Below, piece by piece: positions 27,424 to 36,878 of a DNA stretch of 64,000 nt (position 1 is the first letter of the stretch; every line of letters begins with the position of its first letter). The DNA comes from Candidatus Tayloriibacteriota bacterium (GTDB taxonomy: Bacteria; Patescibacteriota; Minisyncoccia; Phycocordibacterales; CAIRYW01): NCBI GenBank assembly GCA_028286725.1, contig JAQBQZ010000007.1:7262-71261 (forward strand). Reading direction: 5' to 3'. Below the pieces are notes generated by a model. The model was given only the letters and a program-made list of their open reading frames with translations, was not told the origin of the DNA and did not search any database. The position numbers were made by a program, and so were the translations under genes.

Positions 27424-29247
27424 ATGAATCCTGAAGATCCTAACAAAGTAGTCTATTTTGCTGAAACAGATGCGCGTAATCGCAAACTTCGTTTTGGTAT
27501 CAAAATAAAAGACCGATCTCGACATACCTACGTCATCGGTAAGACGGGAATGGGTAAATCAACTCTTCTTGAAAATCTTGCTGTCCAGGATATTCAAGAT
27601 GGACGAGGTCTCGCATTTCTCGATCCTCACGGCAAGACTGCGGACCTTCTGCTTGAATATGTTCCAGAAGAAAGAATGAAGGATGTGCTTTATTTTGCAC
27701 CTTTTGATCTCGACAATCCTATCTCATTCAATGTGCTCGAAGACGTGGGTGCAGACAAAAGACACTTGGTTGCCAACGGTCTCATGTCTGCTTTCAAAAA
27801 GATCTGGGTGGATGCATGGAGCGCCCGAATGGAATATATTTTAAATAATATTTTGCTTGCTCTTCTTGAATATCCAGACTCAACACTCATTGGTGTTAAC
27901 AGAATTTTGGCAGACGAAGACTATCGTAAAAAAGTGATCGAACATATTACTGATCCATCAGTGCGTTCTTTCTGGGTGGATGAGTTTGCAAAGTACGGAC
28001 CAAAATATATGCAGGAAGCAGGAGCCTCAATTCAAAACAAGATTGGTCAGTTTATTTCGAATCCTCTTATTCGAAACATTATCGGCCAGCCAAAATCAAC
28101 TTTTGATATTCGAGAAATGATGGATAACAAAAAGATTATTATCATGAACCTTTCAAAAGGTCTTGTAGGTGAAGCGAATGCCAACCTCTTGGGTGCGATG
28201 CTCATTACCAAGATCTATCTTGCTGCCATGAGTCGTGCGGATAAAAGAGAAGCAGAACTCGCAGAGCTTCCGAACTTCTATCTTTATGTAGATGAGTTTC
28301 AGAACTTTGCTAACGAATCGTTTGCAGATATTCTTTCTGAAGCGCGAAAATATAAACTGAACCTTACTGTTGCACATCAGTATATCGAGCAAATGACAGA
28401 AGAAGTGCGAGCTGCAGTGTTTGGAAACGTGGGAACAATGATCACTTTTCGAGTAGGCGCTTTTGATGCGGAATTTTTAGAAAAAGAATATGGACCGTTC
28501 TTTACGGCACAAGATCTAGTATCGCTCGGATTTGCTCAGATTTATTTAAAACTGATGATCGATGGTGTATCTTCAAGGCCGTTTTCTGCCATAACACTTG
28601 CACCTCTTGCAAAACCTGATCACAATCTTCGGGAAAAAATAATAGAATTATCTCGACAGACTTTCGCTCGTCGGCGAGTCGATGTTGAAAATGAGATCAA
28701 GGCTTGGCATGAAGAAGCTCAGGTTTCTACTTATGGGAATAACAATCGTAGCGGAGGTAATGGAGAGAGGTCTGCAAAAAGATCAGATCATGGAAACGGA
28801 AATGCAAGACCAAGTCCTATTGATCAAGCTCTTGCAGCAGTATTAGGTAAAGCACCAGCACCAAAGCCAGTACAACAAATATCACAATCAAATCCACAGT
28901 CAAATACTAGTGAGCAAAAAAGAGATCCTGCATATGATAGAGAACGAGATCTTCGTAAGGCGGTATCCTTAAGCTATTTGAGACAGACGAATCAAAAACC
29001 AAAGGAGAAAAAGCTTCCTTCAGAGGAGCATCTTGCGGATCTTCGAAGTGCACTGGCTGCTGTTGTGTCATCAGAGGCTCTTCCAGAAGCTCCAAAGGCT
29101 GAGCCTTCTCCGAGACCAATTCATCATGCATCACCAGTTCAAGAAAAAGCTCCAGAAAGAAAAGAGCCTACAAACCCTGAAGTAAAACAAGAAGAAAAAA
29201 GAGAGGTGCCTGAGGATATTTTGAAAAGAATTCTTGAAATTCAATAA
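27424..29247 (+). CDS. VirD4/TraG/TraD-like type IV coupling-protein-family P-loop ATPase, with a long disordered C-terminal tail
   Basis: 607 aa. Walker A GKTGMGKST, Walker B FYLYVDEFQNF, then NLTVAHQY (the TraG/VirD4 ATQS-like motif). No TM segment. The last ~170 aa are P/A/K/E/S/Q-rich low complexity. Confidence 0.55.
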   Translation: MNPEDPNKVVYFAETDARNRKLRFGIKIKDRSRHTYVIGKTGMGKSTLLENLAVQDIQDGRGLAFLDPHGKTADLLLEYVPEERMKDVLYFAPFDLDNPISFNVLEDVGADKRHLVANGLMSAFKKIWVDAWSARMEYILNNILLALLEYPDSTLIGVNRILADEDYRKKVIEHITDPSVRSFWVDEFAKYGPKYMQEAGASIQNKIGQFISNPLIRNIIGQPKSTFDIREMMDNKKIIIMNLSKGLVGEANANLLGAMLITKIYLAAMSRADKREAELAELPNFYLYVDEFQNFANESFADILSEARKYKLNLTVAHQYIEQMTEEVRAAVFGNVGTMITFRVGAFDAEFLEKEYGPFFTAQDLVSLGFAQIYLKLMIDGVSSRPFSAITLAPLAKPDHNLREKIIELSRQTFARRRVDVENEIKAWHEEAQVSTYGNNNRSGGNGERSAKRSDHGNGNARPSPIDQALAAVLGKAPAPKPVQQISQSNPQSNTSEQKRDPAYDRERDLRKAVSLSYLRQTNQKPKEKKLPSEEHLADLRSALAAVVSSEALPEAPKAEPSPRPIHHASPVQEKAPERKEPTNPEVKQEEKREVPEDILKRILEIQ

Positions 29248-29379
29248 ATGTTACCACTTCTCATTCTTATAATTATTATTGGAGCCGTTGGTGCGGTGGC
29301 ATTTTTGAATATCAATAAAGGTACTAAAATAGAGGACAAAAACGATGCTGATGAATACGAAATTAGTGAAATTCATTAA
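29248..29379 (+). CDS. 43-aa single-TM peptide (hypothetical)
   Basis: The ATG overlaps the upstream stop (TAAATG). MLPLLILIIIIGAVGAVAFL… followed by an acidic tail. Below the cutoff of the provided ORF track. Confidence 0.3.
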   Translation: MLPLLILIIIIGAVGAVAFLNINKGTKIEDKNDADEYEISEIH

Positions 29380-29421
29380 TTTCAAATTAGATCATTTTGT
29401 GGCATAATCAGTAGAATCTAT

Positions 29422-29603
29422 CTCAAAATTAACCGCATAAGTAATTATAAACCAATGCTTGAATATCTAAAGTCCAAAATTTCGGTAAAAAATGAAGTTT
29501 CGTCAGTCAACATAACACAGTTATGTCTCCTTCCTCATCCTTCATTTTTTCCTGCGAAATTTTGGTCTTTATCTTATTCATTAATTTTGAGATAGATTCT
29601 AAA
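29422..29603. repeat. intergenic repeat family, copy B
   Basis: About 93% identical to copy A over ~150 bp. Stem 29472-29484 with 29555-29567 carries a compensatory A-U to C-G change relative to copy A. Confidence 0.8.
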
Positions 29604-30827
29604 ATGCAACATAAGAAGCGAATACTTATATTTTCCCTTGTATATTACCCAAATTTTATAGGTGGTGCAGAAGTTGCAATCAAGGAAATTACTGATCGAC
29701 TAGGGCACGCCCAAGGGACTTTTGATACACAAAACTCCAGTGGGCAAGCTTTTGAGTTTGATATGGTAACACTTCATCTTGATTCACATCTCCCAAAGGT
29801 AGAGCGAATTGGCAACGTCACAATTCACCGTGTTGGTTGGACAAGTGATGAAAATGTGTCCGCAGATTCACTTCCAAAATCACTCCATTTAAATAAATAT
29901 GCGATGCTCCTAACAGCATTTTGGGAGGCGATGAGACTCCAGCATAAACACAAATACGATATTATTTGGAGTATGATGGCAACGTACAATTCCTTTGCGG
30001 CGCTCTTTTTCAAACTTTTGAATCCAAAAGTAAAATTCCTTCTGACACTTCAAGAAGGGGATCCAATTCCATTCATCAAACGCCGTGCACGACCTCTCTG
30101 GCCTCTTTTTAAGATGATATTTACTCGCGCAGACACTATTCAAGCTATTTCAAAATATCTTGCTGACTTCGGAATTGAAATGGGGGCGAAGTGTCCTGTG
30201 GTTGTGGTACCAAATGCGGTTGATATAAAACACTTTACACAAGAATATTCTGTCGAAGAGATAAATGAGATCAAAAAAAAGCTGAACAAAAAAGAAGGAG
30301 ACATATTTTTGATTACCACATCACGTCTTGTGACCAAAAACGCAGTAGAGGATATTGTTAAGGCAATGCCGTTACTTCCAGAAAATATCAAGCTCGTTAT
30401 TGCAGGAAGAGGATATTTGGAAGATTCAATCCGTAAGCTTTCGGTAATGCTTGGGGTAGAGAATCGAATTCAATTTTTGGGCTGGCTCACACACACTGAT
30501 ATGCCAAAGTATCTTAAAGCCTCAGATATATTCATTCGTGTACCGATTTCAGAAGGATTCGGTAATTCATTTGTTGAGGCGATGGCATGTGGACTTCCTT
30601 GTGTTACAACTCCTGTGGGTGGAATCTTGGATTTTCTTCGAGACCGTGAGACGGGAATATTTGCAGAAGTTCGTAATCCTGAAAGTGTAGCAAAAGCAGT
30701 GACGGAACTCGTCCGTAATCCAGAACTTGTGTCCCGGATAAAACGACAGTCTTTTGAAATGGTCAAAGAAAAATATGATTGGCCAATGATTGCAGATGAA
30801 ATGAAGAAGGTGTTTTTAAATATATAA
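29604..30827 (+). CDS. GT4-family glycosyltransferase
   Basis: Start set at the ATG at 29604, after the repeat element. GT4 C-terminal motif ISEGFGNSFVEAMACGLPCVTTPVGG…ETG. Confidence 0.85.
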   Translation: MQHKKRILIFSLVYYPNFIGGAEVAIKEITDRLGHAQGTFDTQNSSGQAFEFDMVTLHLDSHLPKVERIGNVTIHRVGWTSDENVSADSLPKSLHLNKYAMLLTAFWEAMRLQHKHKYDIIWSMMATYNSFAALFFKLLNPKVKFLLTLQEGDPIPFIKRRARPLWPLFKMIFTRADTIQAISKYLADFGIEMGAKCPVVVVPNAVDIKHFTQEYSVEEINEIKKKLNKKEGDIFLITTSRLVTKNAVEDIVKAMPLLPENIKLVIAGRGYLEDSIRKLSVMLGVENRIQFLGWLTHTDMPKYLKASDIFIRVPISEGFGNSFVEAMACGLPCVTTPVGGILDFLRDRETGIFAEVRNPESVAKAVTELVRNPELVSRIKRQSFEMVKEKYDWPMIADEMKKVFLNI

Positions 30828-30831
30828 ATAA

Positions 30832-31557
30832 ATGGATAATCACTCAGGAAAAATAAATTTTGATTTAAAGGAACGGGCAGAGGGGTCTATTAATGCTGCT
30901 AAGAACATTATTCTTGCCTCAATACCAGAAAATGAGATTGTTACAATCTGCGTAAAAGGGAGCTATGCGCAAGATGCTTTACAGGAAAAAAGTGATGTAG
31001 ATTTGGTATTAATTCTTAAAAACAATTCATCATTTCAAAAAGCATACTCATTAAGTGATCAGGGGAAGGAATTTGTTCCTCCTTTTTCAATTTCTGTATA
31101 TACCCAAGAGGAATTGAAAAGCGGCAAAGTTATAGAAAATCGATCAAGAGCACCATGGTCAATCAGTCGATTCAACAAAAATATTTCTGACATGCCGATT
31201 ATTTATGGGCAAATACCTGAGGGAGAATTTTTTATGAGAACAGATGAAAGGGATCTTTCAATTGATATCAGTACCGTGAAAGAAAAAGTTGTCCCTGAAT
31301 ACAGGTTAGGTAAATTGAGTTTTTATGAACTGTTAAAATGGGTGACCAGGCTTACGGAGTCAGAGCAAAGATTAAAAGGCTTTAGATCCTATCTATGGAA
31401 GAGAAATGCACTAAATACAAATGATCCAGGTCACATCATTCATGAGGCTTTACGACTGAGGGTATTGAGTGATGTTTCTGAAGAAGATAAAAAAAGTTTT
31501 TTGATAAGATTTGAGGAATATATTACACTACTTGAACAAGATATAAAAAATGAATAA
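30832..31557 (+). CDS. nucleotidyltransferase-domain protein (Pol-beta superfamily, KNTase/Lnu-like architecture)
   Basis: 241 aa. GSYAQDALQEKSDVDLVLIL is the GS-x(9-13)-DxD NTase signature. A helical C-terminal domain of ~140 aa follows. Confidence 0.5.
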   Translation: MDNHSGKINFDLKERAEGSINAAKNIILASIPENEIVTICVKGSYAQDALQEKSDVDLVLILKNNSSFQKAYSLSDQGKEFVPPFSISVYTQEELKSGKVIENRSRAPWSISRFNKNISDMPIIYGQIPEGEFFMRTDERDLSIDISTVKEKVVPEYRLGKLSFYELLKWVTRLTESEQRLKGFRSYLWKRNALNTNDPGHIIHEALRLRVLSDVSEEDKKSFLIRFEEYITLLEQDIKNE

Positions 31558-32893
31558 TTACAAAGAATATTTCAAAGATAAAAAAATCACTCAACTTGGA
31601 CTTGGACTTCTTGGTCGTGGGCTTGGGGACGCGATATTCCTTGCTGAATGCGGAGCAGAGCTTATTGTAACGGATCTCAAAACTGAAGAAGAGCTTAAGA
31701 CTTCAGTAGAAAAATTAAAAGGATATCCTAACATTACTCTTCATCTCGGGGGACATAATCTTGAAGATTTTAAAGCCCGAGATTTTATTTTAAAAGGAGC
31801 CGGGGTGCCGCTTGATTCAATATATATAGAAGAGGCTCGAAAGAATAATATTCCAATCGAAATGGATTCATCGCTCTTTTGCAAGCTTCTTCCAAAAGAA
31901 GTTATCACGATCGGTGTCACTGGCACTCGTGGCAAATCTACTGTGACACATCTCATTAATCATATTTTGAAAGGTGTTGGTAAAAAAACAATTCTCGGGG
32001 GGAATGTCCGTGATATGGCGACACTTCCTTTAATCAAAGATATTCAGCAAGGGGTCCGACCCCTTGCTGAGATTGTTGTGCTCGAACTCGATAGTTGGCA
32101 GCTTCAGGGATTTGGAGATGCAAAGATATCTCCTCGTATCGCAATCTTCACTGCATTTATGCATGACCACACCAACTACTACAAATCTACCCCAGAAATG
32201 TCTGGTCACGAGAGATATTTTGCCGACAAGTCAAATATTTATCTATATCAAAAAAGAGGGGATACTTTAGTTGCTGGAGAAACTATTTCGAATGTTATTG
32301 CTTCAAAACCTCATGGAGATGGAGAATTGACCATTGCACGTAGATCAGATGTTTCAGTAGATTGGAAACCAAAAATAATTGGAGAACATAATGTTTCAAA
32401 TATTGCTTGCGCGATTGAAGCTTGTAAGGCAATAGGGATTAGTATTGAAGATATCAAAAAAGGAGTAGAAAGTTTTCTAGGGGTAGAAGGGCGACTTCAG
32501 TTTGTAAAAGAAATAAATGGGGTGAAAATTTATAATGATAACAATGCTACAACTCCTGAAGCGACAATTGCTGCATTAAAATCTTTAGATACTAACATTG
32601 TATTGATTTGCGGTGGGTCAGATAAAGGTTTGGAATTAAATGGGCTTGTAGAGGAAATAAATAAAACCTGTAAATCTATTATTCTTTTGCCTGGATCTGG
32701 AAGTGATAAACTCACAATATTATCTACCAAAGTTCAAAACTTATCTGAGGCAGTTACTGAGGCTGTTAAAGTGGCAAAGTTTGGCGATACGATTCTCTTC
32801 AGTCCTGCATTTGCTTCATTTGGACTCTTCAAAAACGAATACGAAAGAAATGACGAATTTATGAAAATAATAAATGAAATAAAAAATGATTGA
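31550..32893 (+). CDS. murD: UDP-N-acetylmuramoylalanine--D-glutamate ligase
   Basis: 447 aa. N-terminal Rossmann pattern LGLGLLGRGLGDA, Mur ligase P-loop GVTGTRGKSTVTHL, and the C-terminal LFSPAFASFGLFKNEYERNDEFMK typical of MurD. Confidence 0.85.
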   Translation: MNNYKEYFKDKKITQLGLGLLGRGLGDAIFLAECGAELIVTDLKTEEELKTSVEKLKGYPNITLHLGGHNLEDFKARDFILKGAGVPLDSIYIEEARKNNIPIEMDSSLFCKLLPKEVITIGVTGTRGKSTVTHLINHILKGVGKKTILGGNVRDMATLPLIKDIQQGVRPLAEIVVLELDSWQLQGFGDAKISPRIAIFTAFMHDHTNYYKSTPEMSGHERYFADKSNIYLYQKRGDTLVAGETISNVIASKPHGDGELTIARRSDVSVDWKPKIIGEHNVSNIACAIEACKAIGISIEDIKKGVESFLGVEGRLQFVKEINGVKIYNDNNATTPEATIAALKSLDTNIVLICGGSDKGLELNGLVEEINKTCKSIILLPGSGSDKLTILSTKVQNLSEAVTEAVKVAKFGDTILFSPAFASFGLFKNEYERNDEFMKIINEIKND

Positions 32894-33428
32894 AATAATA
32901 ATTGGAACATCGAGACCTGGAGCATACTCAAGAAAAGTGGGGACAATGGTTTTTGAAATATATAAAGCGTTAGGGATTGAAGTGGGACTTATTGATCTTA
33001 AAGATGTGCCGCTTGAAGCATTCTCGGGAGATTCTATAAATGCACGACCTCTCCCAATTCAAAGTTTTGCAGACCGAATCCTTAAGGCGGATGGAGTTCA
33101 TTTTGTTACTCCTGAATATAACGGAGGAGTTCCAGGAGTCTTGAAATTCTTTATTGATCTTTTGCCATTTCCAGAAGCATTTCAAAATAGATGCTTCGCT
33201 ATTACATCTGTCTCTGCTGGAATGTGGGCAGGTATTCGTGCAGCAGGACATCTCGAAGATGTTGTTACTTACAAAGAAGGGATTATTTTTAATCAAAAAG
33301 TAATGATTGGTGGCGTCGTAAGTCTCTTTGATGAAAAAGATAATTTCACGGGAGAAAAAGAAAAGGAAAGACTTGAAAAACAGATCAAAGGATTTGGGGA
33401 GTTTGTGAAGAAAATAAGGTCCATTTAA
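32886..33428 (+). CDS. NADPH-dependent FMN reductase-family flavoprotein
   Basis: 180 aa. IIIGTSRPGAYSRKV…HFVTPEYNGGVPGVLKFFIDLL matches the SsuE/ArsH-type FMN reductase fold. Confidence 0.7.
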   Translation: MIEIIIGTSRPGAYSRKVGTMVFEIYKALGIEVGLIDLKDVPLEAFSGDSINARPLPIQSFADRILKADGVHFVTPEYNGGVPGVLKFFIDLLPFPEAFQNRCFAITSVSAGMWAGIRAAGHLEDVVTYKEGIIFNQKVMIGGVVSLFDEKDNFTGEKEKERLEKQIKGFGEFVKKIRSI

Positions 33429-33457
33429 GTCATTTTTTGTGGTATTATATTACTCAA

Positions 33458-34768
33458 ATGGATATAAGTAATATAAAAAAGGTTTACTTTCTCGGCATTG
33501 GGGGTATTGGAATGTCGGCTCTTGCTTTGCTTTTTATGCATGAAGGAAAAGATGTCTCTGGAAGTGATACGGGGTTTTCTAATCGTGACGGACTTGTGAA
33601 AGCAAGTGTTCCAACATTTGAAGGTTATCACGAATCTCATATCACACCGGACATCGATGCGGTGGTCTACACGCTCGCGACTCCAGAAGATAATATTGAA
33701 CTTATAAAAGCGCGAAAACTTGGACTTCCGGTTCTAAGCTATGCAGCAATGCTTGGCGAAGTTTCAAAGAGTAAGAAAACAATCGCCATCTGTGGAACTC
33801 ATGGGAAAACAACGACAACCGCAATGATTGCACATATGATGATCAAGCTGGGGCTTTCACCATCGGTAATAGTTGGTTCTCTTATGAAATACGAACATGA
33901 CGGAGTGGTGGAAAAAACAAACTTTATTCCAGGTACAAGCGAATATCTTGTTGCAGAATCTTGTGAGTACAAAAAATCTTTTTTGAATATCAATCCATCT
34001 GTTGTGTGTATTACAAATATCGATGCTGATCATCTCGACTTCTACGGAAATATTGAAAACATCATTGCATCGTTTAAAGAATTTATAGCAAAGCTGCCTC
34101 CAGATGGAGTGGTGATTGTGGATATGCTCGATCAAAATTCGATGAAAGCTGTTGAGGGTTGTAACAGAAAGGTGATTGATTCACGAGCATTCTTGGATAT
34201 GAGTCTAGGACTCAAAGTGCCTGGCCTTCATAACAAACAGAATGCTTCTGTGGCACTCGCTGTTTCTTCATACTTAGCTCTCAAACTAGATGACGCCAAA
34301 GAGGCTTTAAGGAGCTTTGGAGGTACTTGGAGACGATTTGAACACAAAGGTGCAACTAAGACTGGCGCACTCGTCTATGATGACTATGCGCATCATCCGC
34401 ACGAGATAATGGCGACCTTAAATGGAGCTCGAGAAGCTTTTCCTGATAAGAAGCTAACTGTTATTTTCGAACCACATCTTTATTCAAGAACAAAAGAACA
34501 TTTTGACGAATTTTCTGAAGTTCTCGCAAAATACGATACTGTATATTTGACTGATATATATGCTGCGAGAGAAAAATTTGACGGAAGTATTTCAAGCGGT
34601 CTCATGATTGAAACGATCAAGAAAAATAATCAAAATGCCTTTTATATCCCAGAATTCAAAGATATTGCAGAAAAAATAAATGAAACGACAAATCAAAACG
34701 ATGTTGTAATTACAATGGGGGCGGGAACAATAGGTGAACTCGCCGATCTGCTTGTTCACAATTCTTAA
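33458..34768 (+). CDS. murC: UDP-N-acetylmuramate--L-alanine ligase
   Basis: N-terminal FLGIGGIGMSALAL, P-loop GTHGKTTTTAMIAHM, C-terminal ITMGAGTIGEL. Start set at the ATG at 33458. Confidence 0.9.
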   Translation: MDISNIKKVYFLGIGGIGMSALALLFMHEGKDVSGSDTGFSNRDGLVKASVPTFEGYHESHITPDIDAVVYTLATPEDNIELIKARKLGLPVLSYAAMLGEVSKSKKTIAICGTHGKTTTTAMIAHMMIKLGLSPSVIVGSLMKYEHDGVVEKTNFIPGTSEYLVAESCEYKKSFLNINPSVVCITNIDADHLDFYGNIENIIASFKEFIAKLPPDGVVIVDMLDQNSMKAVEGCNRKVIDSRAFLDMSLGLKVPGLHNKQNASVALAVSSYLALKLDDAKEALRSFGGTWRRFEHKGATKTGALVYDDYAHHPHEIMATLNGAREAFPDKKLTVIFEPHLYSRTKEHFDEFSEVLAKYDTVYLTDIYAAREKFDGSISSGLMIETIKKNNQNAFYIPEFKDIAEKINETTNQNDVVITMGAGTIGELADLLVHNS

Positions 34769-34778
34769 TTTCTAATAA

Positions 34779-35789
34779 ATGACCAAAAGCACAAATATTA
34801 AACATATCTTGATCGCTACTGGTATCTATCCTCCTCAAATCGGAGGTCCTGCTGAATATACAAAAAATATTGAAGAAGTGTGGAAGAATGAAGCTTACAA
34901 AGTAACTGTCAAATATTTTTCTTTCGAACACAAGCTTCCATCAGGACTTCGGCATATTTATTTTTTGATCAAGTCTTTTTATGCGGTAATGCGAGCGGAT
35001 TTCATTCTTGTTCTCGATACATTTAGTGTTGCGTTGCCTATAATGATCGCCTGCAAAATTTTAAACAAAAAATATATTGTTCGAACAGGTGGAGATTTTC
35101 TGTGGGAATCATTCGTTGAAAGAACAAGGAAAAAAGTTCTTTTCAAAGATTTCTACAATACTGAAACGAATAATTTTACTTCCAAAGAATATTTTATTTT
35201 CAAGGTAACAAAAAAAATACTTCTTAACGCTGATAAAATAATCTTTAGTACTGCTTGGCAAAGAGACATATGGCAGAATCCATATAACATCGATATTTCG
35301 AAGACTAAAATCGTCGAGAATTTTTATGGTGAGCATTCTTTGAATAATGCATTTGAATCAAAAACATTTATCGGCGCAACACGAAATCTTGTCTGGAAAA
35401 ATACTGACACTTTAAAATCTATCTTTGAAGATAAACAAATCGCAGAGACTGGTGTAAAGCTCGATCTTGATACTTCAAGTCATGAGGACTTTATAGCTCG
35501 CATACAGGCTTCGTATGCTGTTATATTGGTGTCGCTCGGAGATATAAGTCCAAATATGATAATGGATGCAATAAGACTAAATAAGCCATTTATTGTAACA
35601 AAGGAGATTGGTATCTATGCCCGGATACGCGATATTGGGATATTCGTAGATCCATTAAATAAGAAGGATATAAAAGAAAAAATATTATGGCTTCTGGAGG
35701 AGCAAAATTATAATGAGCAAATAGAGAAGATTCAGAATTTTACTTTCCGGCATTCATGGCAATTGTTAGCTAATGAGATTTTAAATTAG
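34779..35789 (+). CDS. putative glycosyltransferase (GT-B, GT4-like)
   Basis: 336 aa. N-terminal ILIATGIYPPQIGGPAEY is typical of GT4 N-terminal domains. The C-terminal motif is degenerate. Confidence 0.45.
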   Translation: MTKSTNIKHILIATGIYPPQIGGPAEYTKNIEEVWKNEAYKVTVKYFSFEHKLPSGLRHIYFLIKSFYAVMRADFILVLDTFSVALPIMIACKILNKKYIVRTGGDFLWESFVERTRKKVLFKDFYNTETNNFTSKEYFIFKVTKKILLNADKIIFSTAWQRDIWQNPYNIDISKTKIVENFYGEHSLNNAFESKTFIGATRNLVWKNTDTLKSIFEDKQIAETGVKLDLDTSSHEDFIARIQASYAVILVSLGDISPNMIMDAIRLNKPFIVTKEIGIYARIRDIGIFVDPLNKKDIKEKILWLLEEQNYNEQIEKIQNFTFRHSWQLLANEILN

Positions 35790-36878
35790 ATGACAAAAAT
35801 AATAATGATTTCAAGAGACGTGAAAGCGCTTGATACATCGAGTGCGGTTTTCGAGCGTCTCAAAGAATACTCTAATCTTTTTGATGAACTGCTTGTTGTG
35901 GTGATGGGGCACAAATCAAACGGCAAATTTTATAGTAGAGATAAACTGACAATCTATAATGCAACAAGTCATTTTAAAATATTTTCTTTTTTTAAAGCTT
36001 TCCTACAGGCTCGTAAACTTGCTCAAAAAAACAAAGGAACTGAAGCTTGGATCACTTCCCAAGATCCATTTGAAAGCGGACTGTTGGCGTACTTTGTTTC
36101 AAAATTAAGCAATATTAAACTCCAGCTTCAATTTCACACCGACTGCTTTAATATTCTTTATATAAAACATAGTCTCAAAAATTATTTCCAGACACTCATT
36201 GCTCGATTCTTGCTCATAAGAGCGGACAACATTCGAGTTGTATCAGAGCGAATCAAAAGTTCGATTCTTTCAATGAACAATAAGCTGGCATCACGAATTT
36301 CTGTTTTACCTGTATGGACTGATATTGAAAAGATACAAACGAAACCTGTAGATACGCGATATGACTTAAAGAAAAAGTTCCCTGAGTTCAGCAAAATAAT
36401 ACTTATTGTGGCACGTCTTGAGAGTGAGAAGAATCTTGACCTTTCACTCCTTTCATTCAAAAAAGCTCTTCGATTCGATGAAAAGCTCGGGCTCGTGATT
36501 GCAGGAAATGGACGAAAAGAGAAGTGGCTTAAAAGCCTTGTTAAATCTTTAAATATTGAAACTAATGTGAAATTTCTAGGTTGGGCGCCAGATGTCGCCT
36601 CGCTTTTCAAAACTTCGGATCTGCTTCTTGTTACTTCATTTTATGAAGGCTACGGACTTAATATGGTTGAGGCTGTTGCTTCAGGATGTGCTGTGGTAGC
36701 AACTCAAGTAGGTGTAGCAGAGAATGTGGAGGCAACTCTCGTACCTTACGATGCGGGGAAAATTGCGGTCGCTATTATTGATGTTTTAAAAGAAAATACA
36801 AAACCAAAAATTAATGCTCGATTCATTATCTCAAAACAAGAATATTTAAATCAATTCAAGAATACATTTAAAATATGA
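35790..36878 (+). CDS. GT4-family glycosyltransferase
   Basis: C-terminal VTSFYEGYGLNMVEAVASGCAVVATQVG. ATGA overlap with the downstream gene. Confidence 0.8.
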   Translation: MTKIIMISRDVKALDTSSAVFERLKEYSNLFDELLVVVMGHKSNGKFYSRDKLTIYNATSHFKIFSFFKAFLQARKLAQKNKGTEAWITSQDPFESGLLAYFVSKLSNIKLQLQFHTDCFNILYIKHSLKNYFQTLIARFLLIRADNIRVVSERIKSSILSMNNKLASRISVLPVWTDIEKIQTKPVDTRYDLKKKFPEFSKIILIVARLESEKNLDLSLLSFKKALRFDEKLGLVIAGNGRKEKWLKSLVKSLNIETNVKFLGWAPDVASLFKTSDLLLVTSFYEGYGLNMVEAVASGCAVVATQVGVAENVEATLVPYDAGKIAVAIIDVLKENTKPKINARFIISKQEYLNQFKNTFKI

